41,744 bases of DNA from Candidatus Hermodarchaeota archaeon (GCA_048885525.1 JBHLLP010000032.1:1-41744), one strand, 5' to 3'. Positions 9,848 to 20,245 are shown, counted from the stretch's first letter. The notes: a model not told the origin generated them from the letters alone. Numbers and translations: made by a program.

Positions 9848-10582
9848 ATGAGTTTTAAAAGAAATCCCGCAGTTCAATGTTGGATAAGACATCTTTTAGA
9901 AGGTCAATATGATGAAACCCAAAAATTTTTCTATACTATTTTTGGAAATGTTAAGCGCATTCGAATAATTGCTACAATTATAGATAAAAAAGAGATTTTA
10001 ATTGATATGGATGAAACAGAGATAGGATTAGAAGAAATGGGTGATTCAAACATAAGACTTGATTTTGATTTAGATGATGGTACTGGCATGATAAGAGCAA
10101 CTATAAGGAATATAAATCCAGATAAGTTTAAAGCATTGAATAGAGGTGATATTGTGGAAGTCACGGGTCGCGTAAGTAAATTTAAAGATTTTGTATCTTT
10201 ATGGATAGAGTTTGTGAGAAAAGTAGATGAACCTAATCTTGTTTTATTGAGAAATGCTGAAATAATTAATAGGATAAAGCATGGAGACATTCAAGAGATT
10301 CCAGAATTTATTAATTCAATTAATGACATTGAAGAATTTTCAGATGAAATAGATGTTACATCTCTATTTGAAAGCGAAGATGATTCTTTTAAGCTTGATG
10401 AGATAAAAGAAAAAATATATTCAATAGTTGAGGAGTATTCATCAAAGGGGAATGGAATAAATTTTGAAAAATTAAAGCAAGTAGTTAAAATCCCTGAAAA
10501 TGATTTGAGAACATATATAAACGACTTAATATTAGAATCACGTATTTATGAATCTGACAATGATATTTTTGAGGCTTTTTAA
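9848..10582 (+). CDS. RPA32/RPA2-like protein (OB fold plus C-terminal winged helix)
   Basis: OB motif LDDGTGMIRA..GDIVEVTGRV, acidic linker, C-terminal GINFEKLK..INDLILESRIYE resembling the RPA32 winged helix. Confidence 0.78.
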   Translation: MSFKRNPAVQCWIRHLLEGQYDETQKFFYTIFGNVKRIRIIATIIDKKEILIDMDETEIGLEEMGDSNIRLDFDLDDGTGMIRATIRNINPDKFKALNRGDIVEVTGRVSKFKDFVSLWIEFVRKVDEPNLVLLRNAEIINRIKHGDIQEIPEFINSINDIEEFSDEIDVTSLFESEDDSFKLDEIKEKIYSIVEEYSSKGNGINFEKLKQVVKIPENDLRTYINDLILESRIYESDNDIFEAF

Positions 10583-10680
10583 TTTTAACCTATATTTCTA
10601 ATTTTTTCATCGATAATAGAAAATTATTTTTCTTATGGTTGATTTCATATATATAAACTAATTAAATTCAGAATATAATT

Positions 10681-11094
10681 ATGGATATTAAGAATTACGA
10701 CCAATTATTGGATAAAGCCTATGAAAAAATACCAGAGAATGTAAAAAGTTTATCAAGATTTGAAATCCCAAAAGTAGAAATTCGTATTGAGAGTAGAAAT
10801 ACATTTATAACAAATTTTAACAAAATAATTAGTACCCTTAATAGAGATAAGAAACATTTTTTAGGAATTTTTCTTAAAAAAGCAGGTACTATGGGTGAGA
10901 TTAGAGGTCAACAATTATTTTTAAAAGGGCAATATAAAGATCAAGTGTTAAATCGTTTAATTGAAAATTATACAAAAACTTATGTGTTGTGCAGTATTTG
11001 TAACAAACCAGATACCCAATTTCAAAGAGAAGGCAAAAAACTGTATTTAAAATGCACTGCTTGTGGTGCAAGAGAAGAAATAAAAGAAAAATAA
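10681..11094 (+). CDS. eif2b: Translation initiation factor aIF2 beta
   Basis: YDQLLDKAY, RFEIP, TFITNF..LNRD, CSICNKPDT..CTACGA zinc finger. Confidence 0.95.
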   Translation: MDIKNYDQLLDKAYEKIPENVKSLSRFEIPKVEIRIESRNTFITNFNKIISTLNRDKKHFLGIFLKKAGTMGEIRGQQLFLKGQYKDQVLNRLIENYTKTYVLCSICNKPDTQFQREGKKLYLKCTACGAREEIKEK

Positions 11095-11116
11095 AGAAAA
11101 AGTTGAAAATACAACA

Positions 11117-11416
11117 TTGATAAAGGTATATTTGAAAGTTCATATTAAGGATGATCTTGAAACAATAGCATGTTGTGATGAGGAATTACTTAATCAAGTT
11201 TTTAAAGAAGGAAATTTAAGAATTGAAATTTCTAACCAATTTTTTGGGGGGAGACTAATAAATCTTGAAGATGCCATTTCTATTTTAAAAAATGCTTCAT
11301 TTTTTAATATCGTTGGAGAAAAGATAATAAATAAAGCAATTGATTGTAATATTTTACCTAAAGAGGGAGTTAGATTTATTAATGGAGTACCCATGGCTTT
11401 AAAGATGATGTTTTAA
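11117..11416 (+). CDS. DUF424 family protein
   Basis: IACCDEELL, FFGG, NIVGEK, GVPMA; usual neighbour of aIF2-beta and NMD3. Confidence 0.85.
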   Translation: MIKVYLKVHIKDDLETIACCDEELLNQVFKEGNLRIEISNQFFGGRLINLEDAISILKNASFFNIVGEKIINKAIDCNILPKEGVRFINGVPMALKMMF

Positions 11417-12330
11417 TGCCCAAAAGATTTTGTGCTATATGCGGGAAGAATTTAGGACAAGAAGATCCTCATTTTGGAATGTGCCTTGCATGTTTTTTGA
11501 AAGAACATCCATTATTTGAATTACCAGATCGCTTAATGGTAAATATTTGCCTTGACTGTGGAAGTTATTCTAAGAAAGATGAATGGATTGAATCCTCAAA
11601 TAATGAATTATTTTCAGTTATAGAAGAAGTTGTTCGAAGATTCTTATTAAAATCTTTTTTAAAAAGAAATAATATTGAGTTCGCTATATCCTTTAATGAA
11701 ACCAGTTTTATTTATAGTTCAAAGGATTTATTAACTTCACTTGAAGTGGAAATTTTTGGTGTTTTAAAAAAGAATTCAAATATTAAACATAAACAAGTAA
11801 TAACACTAAACTTAAATTATATACTATGTAAGAATTGTACTAATTTAAGAGGAGGAACTTACTTTTTATCAATTATTCAATTAAGAATAAAAGAAGAGGA
11901 ACAATACAGTTTAATAATAGAGGTTTTGGATGAAATCCATGAGTATGTAGAGAACCTTTTTGAAAAAGACCAAAAGCAATATATTTCAAAAATAGAGGAT
12001 CAAAAACTAGGGGTGGATTTATATCTTAGTTCAAATGAACTAATGAATTATATAATTAAGTTATTAAAGTCAAGATACCACTTTCTATTAAAAAGATCAA
12101 AAAGATTAGTGGGAAGAGACTCTCAGAAAGGTAAGAATCTTTATAGACTTAAAGCGCTAATAAAATTCTTACCAGTAAAGAATAAGGACATAATTATTAT
12201 TGCAGATCAAGAGTACGGTGTAGAAAATATTACTAAAAATAAAGTTATTCTTAGAGGAGAAAATAACACTAAGTTGATAAAAGACTATTCTTTTTTCTTT
12301 AATGAGAAAATAGTTAAAAAGAATCCATAG
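11416..12330 (+). CDS. nmd3: NMD3-family ribosome biogenesis protein
   Basis: FCAICG..CLAC, CLDCG, CKNC..YF..IIQLR, GVDLY, LVGRD. Confidence 0.88.
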   Translation: MPKRFCAICGKNLGQEDPHFGMCLACFLKEHPLFELPDRLMVNICLDCGSYSKKDEWIESSNNELFSVIEEVVRRFLLKSFLKRNNIEFAISFNETSFIYSSKDLLTSLEVEIFGVLKKNSNIKHKQVITLNLNYILCKNCTNLRGGTYFLSIIQLRIKEEEQYSLIIEVLDEIHEYVENLFEKDQKQYISKIEDQKLGVDLYLSSNELMNYIIKLLKSRYHFLLKRSKRLVGRDSQKGKNLYRLKALIKFLPVKNKDIIIIADQEYGVENITKNKVILRGENNTKLIKDYSFFFNEKIVKKNP

Positions 12331-12341
12331 ATGAGGACCTT

Positions 12342-13190
12342 TTGGAAGAAAATAACAGGATTAATGACGACGAATTTAATGATTTGAATGAAAATGAGAG
12401 AGATAAAGAGTTTGATTTAAGTATAGATGAATTACAAAAAACTAAAATCGATACTAAAAGAATAAAGAAGATAGATTATTCAAAAAAAAGAGCAACAATA
12501 GAATCTGTTTTTGATGAAAGGACTGTTTTTACATTAAATAAATTATTAGTAAATGGACCATTAAAAAGAGTAGAAGGGATAATATCAGCAGGAAAAGAAG
12601 CAAATATTTACTTAGCGTACGATTTAACTGGAAAAGAGGTTGCTCTGAAAATTTATAAAATCGATAATAACACTTCAAAATGGATGAGAAACTATATTGT
12701 CGGAGATCCTAGGTTTAAGAAAATTCCGCGTAATGTATCAAAGGTTATTTTTTTATGGGCAAGTAAAGAATTCAAAAATCTTAAAAGAGCATATAAAGTC
12801 GGCTTAAATGTCCCACAACCAATATTTATCAAAAACAATATATTGATAATGGAATATATTGGGTTTGAATCAATTCCTGCCCCGCTTTTAAAGGATATCA
12901 AAGCACCTAAAGAACCTATTAATCTTATGAATGAATTATTATTATTTATAAAAGAATTATATCAAAAAGCTAATTTAGTCCATGGAGATCTTAGTGAATT
13001 TAATATTTTGTATCATAATCAAAAACCTATAATAATAGATATTTCTCAAGCTGTATCTATTCACCATCCTAAGGCAGAAATTTATTTAGTAAGAGATATT
13101 AAAAATATTTTTAAATATTTTGAAAAATTAGGAATAGACACACCAGATCCTAATGTATTTTATTATGAAGTTATAGATATTGATAATTAA
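12342..13190 (+). CDS. rio1: RIO1 atypical kinase
   Basis: ISAGKEANIY, GDPRF, WASKEFKNL, HGDLSEFNIL, IDISQAV; TTG start preceded by GAGGA. Confidence 0.95.
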   Translation: MEENNRINDDEFNDLNENERDKEFDLSIDELQKTKIDTKRIKKIDYSKKRATIESVFDERTVFTLNKLLVNGPLKRVEGIISAGKEANIYLAYDLTGKEVALKIYKIDNNTSKWMRNYIVGDPRFKKIPRNVSKVIFLWASKEFKNLKRAYKVGLNVPQPIFIKNNILIMEYIGFESIPAPLLKDIKAPKEPINLMNELLLFIKELYQKANLVHGDLSEFNILYHNQKPIIIDISQAVSIHHPKAEIYLVRDIKNIFKYFEKLGIDTPDPNVFYYEVIDIDN

Positions 13191-13233
13191 TAAAACAAAA
13201 AATATAGCGAATTTATAATATTAAACCAATAAA

Positions 13234-13791
13234 ATGAGGATTGGAAAAAATCGTATTGCAGTTCTAATAGGAAGAGAGGGAGAAACAAAAAGAGAGATTG
13301 AGTTTAAATTAGGAGTTAATATTAATTTGGATAGTAAATCGGGAGATTGTGAGATTTTACCGAAACCAGACGATCCTAATTATATGCCATTAAATATTTA
13401 CACTGCCGAAAAAATAGTAAAGGCGATTAATCGAGGGTTTAATCCAATTAAAGCTATGAAACTACTGGAAGAAAACTATGAACTTGAGACTTTTAATCTT
13501 TTATCAATTCTAGGAAAATCTGACAAGAGAATAAAGCGGATAAAAGGTCGAGTAATTGGGAGGAATGGAGAAATGCGTAAAGCTATTGAAAGATATGCTG
13601 AGAGCTTTTTATCAGTTTATGGGAAAACAATTTCAATTATTGCAGATTATGATAATTTACAGAACGCTAGAAAAGCAGTAAGCATGTTAATTAATGGAAT
13701 GCCTCATCATGTGGTTTTAAAATTTTTAGAAAATAAATTTAATGAAAAGAAAAAGGAACAATTTAAACAATTGTATAAACCCGAATTCTAG
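13234..13791 (+). CDS. dim2: Dim2/Pno1 KH-domain rRNA processing protein
   Basis: RIAVLIGREG, AINRGF, RIKGRVIGRNG, VYGKTISII, GMPHHVV. Confidence 0.92.
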   Translation: MRIGKNRIAVLIGREGETKREIEFKLGVNINLDSKSGDCEILPKPDDPNYMPLNIYTAEKIVKAINRGFNPIKAMKLLEENYELETFNLLSILGKSDKRIKRIKGRVIGRNGEMRKAIERYAESFLSVYGKTISIIADYDNLQNARKAVSMLINGMPHHVVLKFLENKFNEKKKEQFKQLYKPEF

Positions 13792-14163
13792 TTATTGTTT
13801 TAAAAGAGAATTATGATAAATTTTTGAGATATTTGTTGCTAAATCTTTTCCATAAATAATATCTTTTAATTCCTCTAACATAAGATTTCTATTTTTGATA
13901 TTATTAACAAAATATAATTCTTTATATTCTTCTTTAAAATAATTTTTAAGATGAACTTCGAAACTTTTAATTGAATATGTGTTTGTAGAAAAGGATTTAA
14001 AGATTGTTATACAACGAGGAAAAACATTCTTCTCTCTTAAAAAAATGGCCCAACCATCAAAATAAAATTCAATATTAAATTCAAAATAGTTCTTCCATTT
14101 CTCAATTTTAGCTAAAATATCATTTAATTCTACTTGAATATCTGGTGAAAACTTATCTTTCAT
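13792..14163 (-). CDS. Hypothetical protein (likely ATG start at 14163)
   Basis: ORF downstream of ftsZ on the same strand; its stop abuts the dim2 stop; no recognised motif. Confidence 0.6.
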   Translation of the reverse strand: MKDKFSPDIQVELNDILAKIEKWKNYFEFNIEFYFDGWAIFLREKNVFPRCITIFKSFSTNTYSIKSFEVHLKNYFKEEYKELYFVNNIKNRNLMLEELKDIIYGKDLATNISKIYHNSLLKQ

Positions 14164-14210
14164 GTAAAAATCTTTAAAAACAATTATAAAAAGGGAGAGC
14201 AAAAATTTTT

Positions 14211-15320
14211 TTAATCAAAGGCAATTTCGCCTATGTTAAAAATATCATCAGATAATCCTAATTTTGAAGTCTTTTTGATGCTTGAATTATACATAGAATT
14301 ATTGAAAGAATAGCCACTGCCAAAAATTTGAGGAGACTTAATACCAGTTATTAAGAGCATAACTCTTAAGAGCCCATCAAATTCATCTGAAACACGAGCC
14401 CCCCAAATTACCATTGAATCATTTACATCCATTTTTTCTGATATTTTTTTTGCCACTGAATTTGCTTCTGCTAACGTCATATCATTTCCCCCACAGATAT
14501 GAATTAGCGCACCTTTTGCACCATCAATACTTACATCTAATAAGGGAGTATTAAGTGCGTCATTAATAGCATCTTCAACGCGGTTCTCTTTTCCACTAGA
14601 TTCACCGACTCCCACGATAGCGACCCCTCCAGTACTTAAAATAGTTTTTACATCAGCAAAATCCAAGTTAATTAAAGAAGGTAGAGAAATGGTTTCCGTA
14701 ATACCTTTAACCATCGTTGCTAAAACTTCATCTGCTACACTGAAAGCTTCAATAATAGGTAGATTTGGAGCGATTTCTAGTAATCTATTATTATCGATTA
14801 CTACTAATGTATCCACATAACGTTTCAATAAATTTAATCCCATTTTAGCTTTATCTATACGTCCTATTTCAGTATCAAATGGTAATGTTACTACCCCAAC
14901 TACGATAGCACCCTCCAATTTTGCAATTTCTGCAATAATAGGAGCACTACCAGTTCCTGTTCCTCCTCCTTCTCCACAGGTAATAAATACCAAATTAGAT
15001 TCTCTTAATATTTTTGTTAAATCTTCTCTAGATTCTTCAGCTGCAGCTCTACCGATCTCTGGATTTCCTCCGGCACCAAGTCCTTTAGTTAAATTCTTTC
15101 CAATCAACAGTTTTATATGAGATTCAATACTATCTAAGTGTTGACAGTCTGTGTTAACAGCTATACATTTAGCACCCCTTATACCTATCTTCATTAATCT
15201 ATTAATTGTATTATTTCCGGCACCACCACATCCAATTATTTTAATATTAGCATACCCAAAGTTTTCTATCTGTGGTCGAATTATTTCTCTTTTACGTGCG
15301 TCTTTTATAAATGATTCCAT
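14211..15320 (-). CDS. ftsZ: Cell division protein FtsZ (FtsZ2-like)
   Basis: GGAGNN, GLGAGGNP, GGGTGTG, NLDFAD; DNNRLL, GITETI and PSLINLD resemble archaeal FtsZ2 rather than FtsZ1. Confidence 0.95.
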   Translation of the reverse strand: MESFIKDARKREIIRPQIENFGYANIKIIGCGGAGNNTINRLMKIGIRGAKCIAVNTDCQHLDSIESHIKLLIGKNLTKGLGAGGNPEIGRAAAEESREDLTKILRESNLVFITCGEGGGTGTGSAPIIAEIAKLEGAIVVGVVTLPFDTEIGRIDKAKMGLNLLKRYVDTLVVIDNNRLLEIAPNLPIIEAFSVADEVLATMVKGITETISLPSLINLDFADVKTILSTGGVAIVGVGESSGKENRVEDAINDALNTPLLDVSIDGAKGALIHICGGNDMTLAEANSVAKKISEKMDVNDSMVIWGARVSDEFDGLLRVMLLITGIKSPQIFGSGYSFNNSMYNSSIKKTSKLGLSDDIFNIGEIAFD

Positions 15321-15428
15321 AATTAATCAAATTTAATTTAATTTACAAAAATTATTATAATCAAAAGATTAGAATTAATGTAATATCGATATATTATTTA
15401 ATTAGACTGTAAAGTATGATATTTCAAT

Positions 15429-16649
15429 TCAATTTATTGAAATGTCTTTATCAATTTTAGGATCAAATATTAGATTTATACCTTTATCATTAATGAGAAT
15501 TATCGTTGGTAATGAAAAAGGAAACCTGTTTGAAAAAGTAAGACAATATGCACCTGTGTTAGTAATTAAAACTTTATCCCCCTTGATTAAATCTTCAGTA
15601 AAGAAATAATCTTTTGCTAATACATCTTGATCAGTAGGGATAATCCCCGCAATTGATGTTTTATATTTATGAGGTTCATTGATCTGAGAGGCATTATAAA
15701 ACCTTAAAGAACACCGAGCAAATTTAGGGCAAATATTAGTGCCAATATTTAAAAATATCCATCTATTTTCAATAACCTTTACAATTTTTGAAATGAACAA
15801 GCCAGCATCTCCTATAAAATACCTCCCAGGTTCAAAATAAACTTTTTCATAATCCAATTCAAATTTCTCTAAAGCTATTTTAATTTCCTTAGCGATACAC
15901 TTCAATTGATCTTGAGGCATAACAGTGGCTTCTGGAAAACCACCTCCAAGATTTATAGCATTGATAAAAATTCCATGTTCTTTTAATAGTTTTAGATTAG
16001 ATATTATAGCATTAACATTTTTTCTGTATTGATTAATATGATTCATTTGAGTGCTATAGTGAGACATTATTGATTTTATTTTGATATTATTTAAATCATT
16101 TATTGCTTTTTTAAACAAAATTAGTTTTCTTTCATCAAATTTTATACCTAGCTTACTATCGAATTTATGAGAATTAATCCTAATGCAAATATCTTGAATA
16201 TGGTTAAATTTCTGAGCAATTTCATTAACTTTTTTCAAGAGGCTGATATCGTAAATTATTATTTCTTTTAAATGATTTTGGATACTTAATTCTATCAATT
16301 CTTTTGATAAATAAGGCCCACCTACTATGATTTTATCAGGAGGAAATCCAAGTTTAAGCGCTAACTTCAATTCGGGTAATCCTACAATTTCTGCCCCAAT
16401 TCCTTCAGAAAGGACAATTTTACAAATTTCTGAAAGAAAATTAGCTTTGAATGAATAAAAACATTGAAAATCTTTGAATTCAGAGCTAAAAACATTAATA
16501 AAAGTTTTTATATTATCTCTAATTCGATTTTCTAAGAATATTAATAATGGTGTTTTAAATTTTTTAAGAATTTCATTAAAATTGATTGAATCAATAATGA
16601 TATTACCATTATCTTTTTTTATAAATGGATTTCCAGAAATATTTTTCAT
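15429..16649 (-). CDS. Fold-III PLP enzyme, diaminopimelate/ornithine decarboxylase-like (atypical)
   Basis: YSFKAN (PLP lysine), NLGGGF, FEPGRY, GAY; the usual GPxCESxD loop is replaced by GIIPTDQD. Confidence 0.8.
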   Translation of the reverse strand: MKNISGNPFIKKDNGNIIIDSINFNEILKKFKTPLLIFLENRIRDNIKTFINVFSSEFKDFQCFYSFKANFLSEICKIVLSEGIGAEIVGLPELKLALKLGFPPDKIIVGGPYLSKELIELSIQNHLKEIIIYDISLLKKVNEIAQKFNHIQDICIRINSHKFDSKLGIKFDERKLILFKKAINDLNNIKIKSIMSHYSTQMNHINQYRKNVNAIISNLKLLKEHGIFINAINLGGGFPEATVMPQDQLKCIAKEIKIALEKFELDYEKVYFEPGRYFIGDAGLFISKIVKVIENRWIFLNIGTNICPKFARCSLRFYNASQINEPHKYKTSIAGIIPTDQDVLAKDYFFTEDLIKGDKVLITNTGAYCLTFSNRFPFSLPTIILINDKGINLIFDPKIDKDISIN

Positions 16650-16659
16650 AATTTAATCA

Positions 16660-17955
16660 TTAAAAGTTTTTTATTAAATTTTTATATGTATCATGTGTTT
16701 TTTTAGCAATATGTTCCCACGTATAATTTTGAGATACTTTTAACTGCCCAGCCAATCCTAAATTTTTTCGTAATCTTTTAGATTTTAGTAAATTAATAAC
16801 TTTCTCAGCGATATCTTCAGGATTATCAAATTCAACTAATAGTCCATCGATATCTTCTCTAATTACTTCAGGCGTTGCTCCAATCCTAGCCCCTATAACT
16901 GGTTTTCCAGAGGCCCATGCTTCAAGAAATGAAATTCCAAATGCATCACTGCGACTTGGCATTAAATAGATGTCTGCTTCTTTAAAAGCCGATATTTTTT
17001 TTTTGTCGAAATAACCCGTTAAATTATATGGACTGAAATTGATGATACGTGCACTTTTTTCAAGTTTATGGATTTTAGATAATTCTTGATTAAAGGCGAT
17101 CGTTGAGGGGCCAATAAAAACAAAATATACTTTTTTTATCTTTTGAAGAATGTATGGTATTGATTTGAGAATTGATAATGCTCCTTTTTCATAATTCTTG
17201 TAACCACAAAATAGAATTAATTTGTAGTTTTTCTCTTTTTTATCAAAAAATTTCCGCTTAAAATCTTCTACTGAATGTTTATGACCGTTTTTAAACTTCT
17301 CATAATCTACTCCCATTGGGATAACTTTAATTTTTTCAGGCGGAATTTTGCATTCATGGATTAAGAATTCCTTCTCTAGATGTGTGCAAGCAATTAATAA
17401 ATCAAATTTCTTTAGTACTTCTATTAAACTTAAATCCGAATATCTAGGATTGGAAAAATGAAAAAATGGTGTACATATTTTTGGTTTGTTAATAAATGCT
17501 CCAATTATTAAACTTATAATACAATTAAAATATGGATAAAAAGTAGTATGAATTAAATCATAATTTAAATTTGGTTTTTTTAATAAATAATCTAATAAAT
17601 CTCCCATATAGGGACCGTTTTTTATAAACTTTATTAAAACTTCATCGTGAAGAGTTAGTCTTTTTAATACAGGGATTTTTTTCAATTTATGCAGAATTTC
17701 CTTAGTAGAGAGATTATAATTGACCCGGTATCTATTGATCTTTAAATTATTCACTTTATCAAAATATTTATTTTCTTGGGAAAGAGTTTTTCCATCCGAA
17801 TTTCGTAAAGCTTTAAAATCTATGGCATTTGAAGTGTAAATATCTACATTATAGTTGTATTTGGTTGTTAATATCTCTGCCATCCGCTGAAAATATAACT
17901 CAGCACCTGAGATTGAAGGAAAGTATCTAGTTGGAAGATATAAAATATTGTTCAA
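16660..17955 (-). CDS. Glycosyltransferase family 4 (GT-B)
   Basis: YFPSISGAE, IPMGVD, MPSRSDAFGISFLEAWASGKPVI, YTWE. Confidence 0.92.
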   Translation of the reverse strand: MNNILYLPTRYFPSISGAELYFQRMAEILTTKYNYNVDIYTSNAIDFKALRNSDGKTLSQENKYFDKVNNLKINRYRVNYNLSTKEILHKLKKIPVLKRLTLHDEVLIKFIKNGPYMGDLLDYLLKKPNLNYDLIHTTFYPYFNCIISLIIGAFINKPKICTPFFHFSNPRYSDLSLIEVLKKFDLLIACTHLEKEFLIHECKIPPEKIKVIPMGVDYEKFKNGHKHSVEDFKRKFFDKKEKNYKLILFCGYKNYEKGALSILKSIPYILQKIKKVYFVFIGPSTIAFNQELSKIHKLEKSARIINFSPYNLTGYFDKKKISAFKEADIYLMPSRSDAFGISFLEAWASGKPVIGARIGATPEVIREDIDGLLVEFDNPEDIAEKVINLLKSKRLRKNLGLAGQLKVSQNYTWEHIAKKTHDTYKNLIKNF

Positions 17956-18006
17956 TTTAGCAAAGATCCTTTTTAATTATAATAGATAATAATATATAAG
18001 ATACAA

Positions 18007-18399
18007 ATGTCAAAAGATTTATTAATTGAAGTTTTTAACCAAGCCAAGAAAAAACAAATAATTGATGAAGAATTCATTTCTTTCTTAGAAACGATTTTTC
18101 CTGGCAAATCTATGAAAGTAATTGAGGTTTTAAAAAGAGGAATTAAGAAATATACTTATAATCCTTCAAATAGAATCGTGTGGGTTGCTCAAGGAGAAAA
18201 TCAAGAACATTTGATATATCCAAAATTGTATTGTTCTTGTCAAGATTTCTACAAAAATGTTGTTGTTAAGAAGAAACATAAATTTTGTAAGCATATTCTT
18301 GCTCAAATAATTAGTGAAGCTTTAAATAAATTTACAGATGTTATTTTAGATAATTATAAATTTAAAGAGTTAATTAGAGATTTAAAGCTTAAAATATAA
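18007..18399 (+). CDS. SWIM zinc-finger protein
   Basis: YCSCQDF...CKHILA (CxC..CxH). Confidence 0.85.
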   Translation: MSKDLLIEVFNQAKKKQIIDEEFISFLETIFPGKSMKVIEVLKRGIKKYTYNPSNRIVWVAQGENQEHLIYPKLYCSCQDFYKNVVVKKKHKFCKHILAQIISEALNKFTDVILDNYKFKELIRDLKLKI

Positions 18400-18414
18400 G
18401 AAAACATTTTTAAA

Positions 18415-19011
18415 TCATTTCACAGAAATCTCAATTCTTTCCCAATTTTGTAAAAATCTATTAAATTCTTTCAAACTAATCTGACGTGGTATTTCTATCT
18501 GTTTTATTGCTTCTAATTTCCTTATTTTAAAGATTAATTTCTTATTTTTTCGATAAAATCTCTCTGCTTTTGGATATTCTTCCATAAAAATTTCTTTTAA
18601 TTTTTCTATATCCAAATTCTCTAATTCACTATAATTTTGAATAACAAAATTACAAAGTGAATCTATGGATATCTCAAAATTAAAGGCATCAATACGTTTC
18701 AATGCTAATGGATACGCTTGACAAGCTAATGGTTTTATTTCGTGTACTGTACATCCATGTGGTTCTTTGTAAAATGGACACCCTTTATTTTCATTATCTA
18801 ATCTTATTCGATAAGTTAATATTAATATTTTATTATTCTTTATATCTGGAAATACTAAATCTTCAATAATTTTAAAATCAACACCACGTTTCTTTGCAAT
18901 CTCAATTAACTTGTCTGCCTCTTCAGGATATATAGGAATTCGTTTCATATGATTCCCAGGAACCTCGAAACAACATGTGCCACACATTCTACATGTATAT
19001 TTTATAGTCAT
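18415..19011 (-). CDS. YkgJ-family cysteine-cluster (Zn or Fe-S) protein
   Basis: CRMCGTCC, CPFY, CTVHEIKPLACQAYP. Confidence 0.88.
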   Translation of the reverse strand: MTIKYTCRMCGTCCFEVPGNHMKRIPIYPEEADKLIEIAKKRGVDFKIIEDLVFPDIKNNKILILTYRIRLDNENKGCPFYKEPHGCTVHEIKPLACQAYPLALKRIDAFNFEISIDSLCNFVIQNYSELENLDIEKLKEIFMEEYPKAERFYRKNKKLIFKIRKLEAIKQIEIPRQISLKEFNRFLQNWERIEISVK

Positions 19012-19188
19012 TTTAAGTACTGATAATGTTTAGCTATAAGTATAATCGTTATATCTAAAATTAATTTTCGATAATATGTTTATATTACTTTTACAATAAA
19101 TCTTGTGTCTACTAGGATAATACATCGTTTTTAAATTGATAAAATCACGATATTATTAGGGACTTTTTTTAATAAAAGGGATAAGGTT

Positions 19189-19998
19189 ATGGAAGGAATA
19201 AGAGTAATAAAACATAATAATTTTGTAGAAAAAGATTTTATAAGACCTCTTTGTATTTTAGGAATGCCAGGAATAGCAGATGTTGGCAAATTTGCTTTAG
19301 ATTCTCTTATTGGGCAGCTTAATGCAAAAAATTTACTTGATATTATTTTCGATGATTATCCTGCTGGAGCTATTGTAGATGATAGTCTATTATCTGCTCC
19401 TAAAGCTGAAATTCTATATTGGAAAGACCCAAATGAACTAAGAGATATAGTATTAATTACCGCTGATGCCCAAAGTCTCACTCCAAAAGGTATATATAAA
19501 ATATCGAATTTTCTAACAGAAATTATTCATCAGTATGGAATAAAATTAATAGTTGCCCTAGGAGCATATCCAGTTAACAGTAGAAACATTACTAGTAATA
19601 TACCTAAAATCTATCTTAGTTCAACAAGTCAAGAATTATTAGATCATTATTTATTAGAAAATAATTGTCAAAAGATTCAAAAGGGAGTAATTATTGGTGC
19701 GAATGGTTTGATCCCAACACTAGCAAAAGCACGATTCAACATTGATGGATTAGTGTTTCTAGCAGAAACAGATAATATTGCAATGATCAATGAAGATGTT
19801 ACAGATTTGAAAGCATCAATTACTCTTTTAGAGATGCTTAAAAAATCCTTCACATTGCCAATTAAAAAGAAATATTCCTTAGAAAATATAAAAGAAATAA
19901 CCAAAAACCTTCAGATTAAGAGAGATCAGTTAGAAAAAGATCTCGATTCACTCCAACTTGTTGATGCAGATGATAAACGAAAATCATTATATATCTAA
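19189..19998 (+). CDS. PAC2-family proteasome assembly chaperone
   Basis: GMPGIADVGK, ADAQ, ALGAY, IIGANGL, AET. Confidence 0.82.
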   Translation: MEGIRVIKHNNFVEKDFIRPLCILGMPGIADVGKFALDSLIGQLNAKNLLDIIFDDYPAGAIVDDSLLSAPKAEILYWKDPNELRDIVLITADAQSLTPKGIYKISNFLTEIIHQYGIKLIVALGAYPVNSRNITSNIPKIYLSSTSQELLDHYLLENNCQKIQKGVIIGANGLIPTLAKARFNIDGLVFLAETDNIAMINEDVTDLKASITLLEMLKKSFTLPIKKKYSLENIKEITKNLQIKRDQLEKDLDSLQLVDADDKRKSLYI

Positions 19999-20095
19999 GC
20001 TTTTTCTTTTTTAATGAATTCTTCTTGCTTTTATATGAATTCTTGTCTAAAATAGAAGCAAAAACTATTTTAATCATGGGGAATTTAGAATAACT

Positions 20096-20245
20096 ATGAG
20101 TTATGTATGTGCTCGGAAAAATTGTGGAAAGGAAGTTAGTAAAAAGGAATTAAGTGCACTTCCCGGTATAAAATGTTCCCACTGTGGATTTCGAATTTTA
20201 TATAAAAAGAGACCAGATGTTATAAAACGAATTAAAGTTCGTTAG
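20096..20245 (+). CDS. rpoP: DNA-directed RNA polymerase subunit Rpo12 (P), 49 aa; absent from the ORF track
   Basis: Manual translation MSYVCARKNCGKEVSKKELSALPGIKCSHCGFRILYKKRPDVIKRIKVR has the YxC..CG..C..CG.RILYKKR signature. Confidence 0.93.
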   Translation: MSYVCARKNCGKEVSKKELSALPGIKCSHCGFRILYKKRPDVIKRIKVR

